Below, one piece after another: positions 54,090-64,000 of a stretch of 64,000 nucleotides of DNA. The DNA is from Sminthopsis crassicaudata (taxonomy: Eukaryota), in NCBI RefSeq assembly GCF_048593235.1, contig NC_133622.1, positions 78,864,001 to 78,928,000 of the forward strand, in the 5' to 3' direction. The notes under the pieces were generated by a model. That model saw nothing but the letters and a program-made list of their open reading frames with translations. It searched no databases and was not told the DNA's origin. Positions within the stretch are counted from its first letter, which is position 1, and every line of letters begins with the position of its first letter. A program made the translations under genes and the position numbers.

Positions 54090-54530
54090 TTGTTCTTTTT
54101 TTTTGCAGAGAACAAAGGACATCACAGGGTCAGATCGTGCCTTGTGCATGAATTGGATTTCAGTGAGGCAGAGTTGCCTAAAGCCTCACCTTCTCTACCA
54201 GAGGCATTGGTGTTTGGTGCATCAGGACATCCCCTACATGGAGAGGTGGCCTTGGCATCTCCAATGTATGATCAAATACCAAGCACTCCATGGGGCCTGC
54301 TCTACTGGAACAAGCTGCTTTCATCGGCCAGTTCCGCTGGGAGAAGTCTTCTCGTAGTTGGGAGAGGACTCTGAGGCCTGGAACTTGACTGCGGAAATAA
54401 ATTTTCCCAGTGTGTAACCACTGTGTGTGCAACCACTATGTGTGCAACCACTGTGTGTGCTACAGCTTCTTTGGAAGCTGACTCTTGTCACACGTGAAAT
54501 ATACACAGCATCCCAAAACTCTGAGGGCAG
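54090..54530 (-). mobile_element. RTE-related non-autonomous element containing a 3x15-bp tandem repeat
   Basis: Homologous to 45860-46110 and to the reverse complement of 4370-4537. AACCACT(G/A)TGTGTGC x3 at 54416-54460. Confidence 0.65.
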
Positions 54531-54941
54531 TTTTAAAATTTAATAGTTTATGGTCCAGAAGATTATGGCCTGGAGTGATGCTTGATATGGACTAAAAATA
54601 CAATAGGACATGGGACAAGAACTTTAAGAGTGAAGTTAAGAGTTGTTGTTGCTATTCATCCTTCATTTTGAAAGAAGATCAATGACATCCTGAGATTGGG
54701 GTAAAGATACAGTGTGTGTAGCTGCAGCTGAAAGCCAAAATGTCCAACACCTTATCCTTCTAGGTGAGCTTCAAAATCTCCCTAAGACAATTTAAATGGA
54801 AGTGGTAGCTGGCATGGTGATGAAAAATTGCCCAGGACATGAGGATGAGATTCCAGAGTAAAGGTAAGATTATATTAAGCTTTAATAGCTTAACATACTT
54901 CACTAATAAATTAAAACTTCACTAATAGTTTTGTATCCTCT

Positions 54942-55328
54942 TGTAATGCAAGAGAACTGATGCAGGATAGAAATTAGAGAACAATTTAATATTTTATTTG
55001 AAAGGGAGAGATTTACTGGGACTAAATGGATCCATGGTTTGGTCCCAGGCTGAATGAGATTCTCCAAGAATCCAGCAGTGAATGTCAGATACAAGATTCT
55101 TTTATAAGGTATCAAGAACAGTGACATAATGGGGGAGGTACCTAGGATGAGGATGACATAATGGAGGGAGGTACTGGAGAGGCTCCTTATATTCTAATGA
55201 TGTCTAAGAAGTAAGACCTTTATCCCATCAAACATTAAGAAGAAATAATTATAACATGAAGCAGAATAACTGAGTAGGACAATTAGGGAAACTGGGTCAG
55301 GACGTTAAAAGGGAACTGTGGCACAACA
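54942..55328 (-). mobile_element. Solo LTR (387 bp) with 4-bp TSD, same family as 49411
   Basis: TG...CA termini. TSD CTCT at 54938-54941 and 55329-55332. AATAAA on the minus strand at 54993-54998. Confidence 0.9.
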
Positions 55329-56360
55329 CTCTATAATTCTGAAAACTGCCATGATGTATAAGGACATAAGATATTAACATAAAAATGCCTTCACCATTAT
55401 AAGAAAATTTTTATTCAATTCGAGCAAAACGTATTAAAAACCTACTAGTTTTTAGTAACTGTAGCACCAAAAATAAATGAAAAGTATGCTCTTCCTGTCC
55501 TTCAGAGAACTTATATCCCAATGAGGAATTATCAAAAAGCAGAGCACAATAAATAAATAAAAACCTGGAGGATAAGGGAAGGCTCCACAGAGGAATTATC
55601 AGGACCCTGAAAATAACAAATATTCCTTATTTTGAGAAAACATTCCCTCCTCATTTCGATATTAAATCTTTGTCTTCTTTCAAGGAAAAATCAACCTCAG
55701 TGCTACTTCTTATTGAGACTCTTTTCTAATTCCCATAGTTTATCATTTCCCTCCCCAGCCATTTCAATTTCTTAATTACACTCATTTGTGAACTTACAGT
55801 ATTCAACTAGCCAGAGAAAAAGGCTACTTGAGAATAAGGACTTTATCTCCAGAGCCTAGCCTAGAGCACAGCTAAGAAACAAAGATAAGATAAAAATACC
55901 CCCATAATGGAAGCCAGTCTGCTTAAAGGAACAGAGGAATATTAAAATTCTACTTTAGTCAGAATACAATTTTGTCTATTAGACTAAAAGGGATGAAACA
56001 CAATAAAAAAGTAGAGTAGATCTGGATTGTGGAGGCCTCTAAATGTCTTGTTGAGGAATCTATATTTTAATGTAACAGGAAGCGGTTCAAAGAAACCATT
56101 CTGGGCATAAGAATAACATAAGTTAAATCTGTGTGTTGAGCAGATGTTCACAAAGAATGCTCACAATGGCTTCAATTTTCTCAAGAGAGTATGAGGTGAA
56201 ATCCTCTATGAGAGAGGGAAGTGAATATAACATGTATTAATTTACATTCAATTCCCATAATTCTTTCTGGATACAGATAGAATTTTTCATCCAGAGTTTA
56301 TCAGGACTGACTTGGATCATTAAGCTGCTGAGAAGAACCAGATCTATCACAGATGACCAT

Positions 56361-56712
56361 TGTTAGGATTACTAGGTGCTAACTCAGTTGTCTAATTTAG
56401 CATGATACTTAACAATTCTCTAGCTTACACCTTTAGTTCAAATTTTTAAAGGAGTTTGCACCTTTAAAAGGAGCTTACTCACTGGTCTGTAAGAAGTTCC
56501 CACAAGCCCATGGGAATACCCACAAACCCATTCCCTGGGAGGATAAAAGGAGCCAACATGGAGTCTAGAGGGCGTCATTTCCACATCTACCTTCACTCTG
56601 GCTGGAGGCTCCAGAAGCCTCCCAAGAAACCTGCTCCTGGAGAAAAAGATTTATAGAAAAGAAACCTCCTCCCAGAGAACAATTGCAAATCAAGAGACAA
56701 AAGAACATTACA
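56361..56712 (+). mobile_element. Solo LTR (352 bp) with 6-bp TSD, related to 1044-1377
   Basis: TGTTAGGATT...CATTACA. GACCAT at 56355-56360 and 56713-56718. Confidence 0.88.
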
Positions 56713-59700
56713 GACCATTACACAATCTTGCTGTTGCTGTGTACAATGTTTTCCTGGTTCTGCCTGTTTCGCTCATCAATACATACTGTGTTCTATGTTC
56801 ACTTTTTTTATTCTAAAGCAGTATTGATTAGAGAAATGCTAATTAAAACAAGTCTGAGGTATCACCTCATATTCATAAGATTGGTAAATATGATAGAATA
56901 GAAAATAATAAATGTTAGAGGAGATGTGAAAAAACTGAGACCCTGATACATAAAAAAAGGGAAGGAGAGAATTTGGAAATGAAAATAAAACAAAACTGAG
57001 TATTTTAAAAAATACTTAAATGAAAGAGAACAAATGGTTCAACTTGTCATCTCTAAGATCAAAACCGAAGAGAAAGAAAAAGTAGGTTTATAAGGGATTT
57101 CAAAAGGAGAACAATTAAAACTCATAGTAATGATAAAGAATCTAGGAGAATGAGAAAAATGGCAAATTACAGAGCAGGAGATAGATATAGATATAAATAT
57201 ATCTATATATAACAGATAAAGCATCTTCAGATTTCAAGACTATAGAAAATGGACTAGTTCCTAGGATCACAAATTTCAGTATGTATAGAACCTTAGAAAT
57301 TCAGCCACTACAATTTTATAAAAGGTAAAACAGAATCAGAAAAGTGCTGATTACACATGTAATAATTGGAATATCTGGTATTTTAGCCAGATCCTTTTCC
57401 TCCAAATCTCCCTTATATGATAAAAGAAAATTAGATCCTAATTGTCATAATCTAAGACAACACAAAGTCACAAACTGGTCAAGTGATGGATTTGAGATTC
57501 CAATCTAGAATATGCCTCCATGTGTAGCACGACAATGTCTTAGGACTGGAGAAAGCTGATGGACTGGGAAGGAGTAAGGGTACAGGGGGAGATTAGGAAA
57601 TAGTAATGATATTAGATAATTATTTTTACATGAAATTATATTATTTTTAAAAACAAAATAAAGAACTATGATAAAAAAAAAAACCAACTAGAATCATTAT
57701 CATCATCATGACCTCTTGCTCTTCCTTGACAGATTTAACAACCCTCACCAAATGAGATCAAGAACAAGGATACTTGATCTGTGGCAAATATTTATGTCAA
57801 TTAGTACAAATAACCACCTATTTTGATAATGGAAGAATGACATTTTACTAATATTATACATAAATATTATTAAAAAGTATCTGAAAACAATAAGTATAGA
57901 AAACAAAAATAGATTTCTCAACATATTCCACTTAAAATTGTATCCTCTTTTATAGATCACTATGAATTCATAAGAAAATGCTTTACAAGTAGGAAATGTT
58001 CATTTGAAATTTTTCTTAAAAAGAAAACAAGAATAAAACACATACACAACTTGAAATATATATTTGCTTGCTTCCAACTCAAAACACTGAAGTAGGAGGG
58101 GTTTTAACACATTTTATCATTTGGCTTTTTTTTTAAAACCGTGCAAATTCACTACAAAAATTAATACAATTTTAAAATAATTTAAAATTTTCAAAAATGT
58201 TAATTGTTCTTCATGAAACTAAAAAAACTAGTTCAAAAATGCATGACCAGAGTAACAAATTTTTTCCTTATCCATTCACTGATAAACTGGCTTCTTTAAA
58301 CTGACAGTTTTATAGGCATTCACAAGAACATAAAAGAAAATGCAAATAGATCATATGTCTAGCACCCTTTCAAGAAAATCTTATTGTTTATTCAAGGCCC
58401 CGAAGTATCCAAACACATAATGGCCTTAAAAAAATCATTAAAATTAATTCTAATTTCTAATTCCCAAACAATGTATCCTTATGAACATTCTACTTCTCAG
58501 AAACCATAAAGCAAGAGATAAAGGAAACATTGTTTACTCTAAAAATTGTGATATTCTACAATGACAGCAGTCCAAATGCAGAAAGAAAACCAAATAAAAA
58601 GGTATTTCAAAATTTTTATTATTATGGGTAAAACAAGTAAATTTATTGTAACTATTAAAGAATAAACTGGACATAAAACAAAAAAGGTTTTTTTTTTTTT
58701 TTTTTAATAATGTAAAAATATTTTTTTCCTTCACCACAATCTAGCAAAAAATAAAAACAAAGTAGAACTTGGTCAACCTCCCCATGTAACCAAACATTCA
58801 TTGTAGATTACTACATTTTGAAAATTAACAGAAAGTAAGATCTATGATTTATGAGTAAATGAAACACCAACCATATGATAGAACTTAAGGACAATGTAAT
58901 TAGAAGCAACTTATACTATACACTAGAGTGAGGAGACAGAATTTAAAATCCCTCTTGATGCCCTTAAAAGCAATGTGATCAAGGCTAAATTAAATAAACA
59001 ACTTATTAAATGCTAACTATTTCCCAGTACTTAGGCTAAGAACTGAAGATACAAATACAAAAATGCAAAAGATCTAGCTTTCAAGGAATAAAAATTTCAT
59101 CATGGAAGAAAAATTTGTATTATGTGAGTATATGAATTTACACATAGACGTGACACAAGGTAATTTAGGAGAAGTTAAGCAACAGCTGAGATATCAGGAA
59201 AGGCTTTGTGTAAAAAATGGTACTTGAACCACTGGTACTTTTGGCAGGGGCTTAAAGTCATCTAAATTCTGAATTTTAGTTGCCTCATCTGTAAACATGG
59301 CAATAAAAAGCTGACACTACCTCTTCCACATACTATTAAGGAAAACAGTAATGATGGTGGTGGTAATAAAAGTAATGGAAGAAGCAACTCATCTCTAATT
59401 CAGGAAAACTTGAGTTCATATGTAACTCTTGACAAGTCACTCAACTTCTCAAGAGTTCCAGACAAATTTCTAAAACTTTAAATTTCAAAGAAGTTGCCAA
59501 CTTTCAATGGAAGTGGGAATTTCCACACCTGGGAGTTTCTTATTACCAATAAAATCATAAGTCCAGTTTTTATCCCTAGTTTAAAAAAAAAAAAAAAAAG
59601 CTACCATTGGGAAGGATTCAGGAAAGAAGGCAAGATTGTTAGTAAATTCCAAGCTCTCTAGATTTTTCCCCACAAACACAACAAAGTTGTACATCAGGGA

Positions 59701-59904
59701 GAACAGATTGGTGAAAAAACAAAGATGACTTGGGGCAGAATAGGAGAATTCTAAGGATAACTCTAGAAGACCCTAAGAAAAGCCCCAGCCTTGAATCAAC
59801 TAAGGTTAAGTACAAACACTTCCCAGCCAGCTCTCCTTAACACCCAATGGTGACCCCTGGAGCAAGTTAGGCTTGGTAGGCTGCTACCATATGTAATGCA
59901 TCAG

Positions 59905-61010
59905 GGGCTGATTCTCTTCCAATGGAGATCTAGAAGTCCACTGCTCATACAAAAGCTGACTGAAATTTTCTAGATTATATAGTAAGAGGAGGTTATGCCC
60001 CAGGAGTTCCAGGATACCTCCATTATCCTTCTTTATAAAAATTGTTCTGTGGCAATCACAGGGGGTTTCTCTCTTAGTCATTGCTGGCAAGATTCTTGCT
60101 AGAGTTCTCCTTAATAGGCTGATCCTACACCTAGATAAAGGTCATCTACCTGAGAGCCAGCATGGGATCGAGGAGAAGTCGATATATATTTACTGCCTGA
60201 CAACTCCAGGAAAAAATTCCAGGAGCAGAACAGAGGTTTGTGGACAACAACGGTAGACCTGATGATCCTGTCAGTTGTGAGGGCTTCGGTAAAATTATGC
60301 CAAAATGTGGTTGCTCAGAGAAGTTCATCAGTATGACGCATCAGTTTCATGATAGTGTGCTTGCATGGACTCTGGGCAGTGGACAGTACTCTCAAGCCTC
60401 CCCAGTCACCAGTGGAGTGAAACAAGGCTGGGGGCTCCCATACTCTTTAGCCTGATGTTTTCAGCCATGCTGTCAAACCCCTTTAATGAGTACAAACATG
60501 GAATCGTAGCTACCATACCTTGAAAAGGCTATAAGCCAAAGCCAAAGTGGGGACACGGTTGGTGCTTGATTTTCTGTTTGCAGATGATTGGGCGCTCAAA
60601 ACAACTTTGGAAACTGAAAGGGATCCAAGTATAGATTGATTTTCTAGTGCTTGTGCTAACTAATTCTGGCTAATGAAAAACTCCCTCAGCCAGCACCACA
60701 CTATCTTTACGTGGAACCATATGGTTACAGTAAATGTTGACATTTTGAATGCTGTGGGTAAGAACTTACCTTGGCGGTGAACTTTCCAGGGATGTCCACC
60801 TTGGTAATGAGCATTGCCAGAGCTAGCTCCCTGATTGGGAGGCAGGCTCTGAAGGAACGTGTGGGAGAGGAAAGGGATTAGACTGACTACCAAACAGAAG
60901 GTCTACAGAACCGCTGTGCTGACCTCATTGTACACCTCTGAAACCTGGACAGTGTACCAGCACCACGCCAGGAAACTATATCCATTTCTTTTGAATTGTA
61001 GAAAGTAAGT
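59905..61010 (+). mobile_element. Decayed RTE reverse-transcriptase fragment
   Basis: Broken translation SLLVIAGKILARVLLNRLILHLDKGHLPESQ..SPVTSGVKQG..FADD..LTSLYTSETWTVYQHHARKL. Confidence 0.85.
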
Positions 61011-61489
61011 GACAAAGCTGCCAGCTAGCACCTAATTACACACCCTACATAAAGCTGTGTTATCCCAATAGGAATCTTAGATTTTCTCTTGCCTTCTGTC
61101 CAGTCTCTCCTTGTACTGGAAGGCTCCATACATTAAACTCTTGATCAGGTTCAATTCCCAGTATCCAGAAATCTGTCTTCCTATGCCCACATGGGCTGGG
61201 GGAAAAAATGATTCAACATGTTTTTCTTAGATTTCCCTAGAAAGATTGGGTTTGATCCATTTTCTAGATCTGTTGAGTGGAAAGAAGAAAGGAAGATAGA
61301 TAACTTCTTTCAACTAATCTATCATCTTGGCTTCATGTCTCAAAATTAATTACTTTTGATGGCAATGTCTGTACTTCTAGCCCCATTTTAAAAGTTTTAT
61401 TGATGTTTTCCTTTAATATCATTGTCATTTGCCAAAACGAAAGTAATTAAAAATAATGGTTCATTGAAATTGATCAAAGGTACAAAGGT

Positions 61490-63200
61490 TGACAGTGTCT
61501 TGATATATGGCATTAACAAACAAAAAAGAGTAAAGAAGTAATAAAACTAAATATTCCCTCCCCCAAAAATCTAGAAAACTTTTAGACAATTTGATTAAAA
61601 AGAGGTAGAAAAATTAACAAAATAAAAAATGAACAAGATGAAATAATAATAGCAATAACCTGTTCTTAGATGCCAAGCACTGTGCTAAATTATTTACAGT
61701 TATTATTTCATATAATCCTCAGAACAAAGATGGGAAATGGATGTTATTATTATTATCCCTATTTTACAGATGAGGAAAATAAGGCAAATAGAAGTTAAGT
61801 AACTTGTCCACAGAGTGGACAACACTGTGGATCACAGAGTCAGTAAGAGTCTGAGTACAGATGTGAACTCAGGTTTTCCTAACTTCACTGCACTATGTAG
61901 TTGTCTCAATAATAAGGAAATAAAAAGAATTATTAGAATATACTATATGCAGTTATATGCCAATAAAACCAAGATATAACCAAAAAAGAGTCCCTAAATG
62001 AATCCATTTCAAGAAGGAAACTGAACTAGAAATAAAGAATAAAGTTTCCTAAACCATTTTTAGGTAATGGTCTCCTTTGACAATCTGGTGAAATTGAAGT
62101 ACTTCCTTGTAAGAGTAATGATTTCAAATAAATAAAATATACAGAATTACAATTTAAAAAAATCAAATTTCAGTACAAAAATATTTTTAAAACAAGTTCA
62201 TAGCCCCTAATTAAAAACTCTTGATATCAAAAAACTATTCTCACCCCACAAAGTACCTAAGTGGTCCAGATAAATTTTGAGAAAAATAATATAATGCTTT
62301 TAAGGAATAACAAACATCTATACAACAAAATAATTCTTAAAAATTGAGTAAGAAAGAATACCTACCAAATAGTTTCTATAAGCAAATGAAAGTCCTTATA
62401 ACTAAACCAGAAAAAAAGTAATGAACCTAAATAATCCCAAACCTTATTATATCAATAGATACAGATAAAATTTTTTACAAAACACAAAACTGATATATAC
62501 TCAAAATACTATAATGAAAATAGGAGAACAATCTTTTATATATAGGACCAAACGCTAACATTACATGTGAAGAAATGTAAAAAAATACTACCATTTAAAA
62601 ATTTTTTTATCAGAAAAATCATTGATTACTGAAAAAATTTATTAGTAAAACTATTTCCCCCCAACAATGACTATTTCTACCTTTTATCACCATTTCCAAT
62701 ATAATAATATGAGGTAAAACCCAAGTATTTCTTCCAATTATGATTTTGTTAGTACTACCAATTTCTAACATTTTTTCATATTGGTTGTTAAACATTCAAT
62801 TGTTGTATTTGAAGGCTGTTCATATTCATTGAAAACTAGCTCTTAAAGAATAGCTCTTGAGTTAATGTGTTTGTTTACATTACCTACATACTTTGGATAT
62901 GAGATTTTATCAGGTGTCACATAAAGAGGTTTCTCTCATACAAGACTATCTTCTTAAAGGAAATGAATGGAACTCTCTTGTAAGAAAGGTTTTTACATTT
63001 TATAGTAAAAATGGTCTATTTTGTCTAGAAATTTTCTAATACTGTTTGGTTATGATTTGTTTTTTTTCAATTAAAGGTCTAAATGTTGGTTCCTTTCAAT
63101 ATAATCCTTTGAACTTGGACAGTACTTTGTAGAAATTTCAGAATATCAAAATATAAAACTAAAAGATAAACCAAAAGAATGAGTCTTCATAAGTTTTATA
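61490..63200. mobile_element. L1 ORF2 remnants with nested L2/MIR (~61660-61900)
   Basis: A-rich L1-like segments. The MIR core attttacagatgaggaaa..gttaagtaacttg lies at ~61740-61890. Confidence 0.55.
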
Positions 63201-64000
63201 GATGAAACAACTAAAGCCCTGAGAAGCTAATTTGCCAGTATAATTTAAGTTGTATGTAATGTATTTATTTGTACATATACTTTCCATTCCCCACTACTAA
63301 ACAGTTTTGGGGGGGGGGGTTGGCAGGGGGAAGGGTAGGTTACTATATCTTAATGATGTTTGCATTCCAAAACATAGTACCTTTTCCACAAAGGAGGTAC
63401 TCAAATTTATGGAATTAAAATTCTCAGATACGAAGAATTCTTTCTTTTAACAAACCTCCAAACTCTTACTATTTTATTTCATGCTGCATTTATTTGGATT
63501 TAAGACATCAAACATGTGTTAGAAAAATTTTCTTTAATATAGTTTATATCAAAAGCATAGTCCATATTCCTCAGTTAACAAAGTCCCTTAGAGTAACCTG
63601 GTTTCAGAAGACAGAACAGTTTAAATTATGAAGAGTACAGTTAAAAGCAATCAGAAGATCCTATTTACTCTGCTCCATAAAATGAAATTAAAGGGCAGTA
63701 AATTTAGAATAAGAGGAAAATATTTCCCTCAGCATTCAGCAAACCAACGAAGTTCTAACATTTACTCTAGGAAGTCGGCAGAGCATACACTATTACTAAA
63801 TTATAATGAAGACAGGCCGACAGCTTTATAGCCATTAGCAGCGTTTGCCTCTGGACCAATGAGAAGGACCAGCTCATTCCATCCTTCTCAGACAGCAAAC
63901 CTACTAATAAAAGGAACATGGTCTAACTGACCTTACCTGAAAGAATCAGCTGACCATGGAAAATTAGAGTTTAAAGCACTAAGATGAGTAAGGAGAGTAG

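Noticed and set aside
252-63831. All ORF-track entries (60-157 aa)
   Set aside because: They are low-complexity (microsatellite, poly-A/T, N-gap) or decayed TE frames, and many start at non-ATG codons. For example, 22887-23360 is largely an antisense SINE, and 44127-44336 and 44367-44618 are RTE remnants. The real exons are too short to appear in the track.

Overview
AT-rich mammalian genomic DNA, very likely from an Australian dasyurid-type marsupial. The species call is an inference from the CORE-SINEs (WSINE1/Mar1-like), RTE and BovB-like LINEs and the L1 3' ends. The whole window lies inside one minus-strand gene, LRBA (BEACH-domain family). Three consecutive coding exons (46794-46872, 42201-42334, 31991-32052) splice in frame through canonical GT-AG sites and read [92 protein letters not shown]. 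Everything else is intron: decayed L1, L2, MIR and RTE, several young SINEs, about nine solo LTRs or LTR fragments (several with clean 4- or 6-bp TSDs), microsatellites and two N gaps. None of the ORF-track entries looks like a real gene. I found no RNA gene, CRISPR array or intact mobile element, and no strong evidence for a new biological system. The best leads are candidate conserved enhancers (PBX-HOX/MEIS motifs; LRBA is the known host gene of MAB21L2), a CCAAT/TATA arrangement and a perfect AG|GTAAG site near the right end, sense-oriented LTRs with intact poly(A) signals, and several templated-insertion scars. All are hypotheses needing alignment or expression data. Repeat boundaries without TSDs are approximate and family names come from recognition, not a database search.
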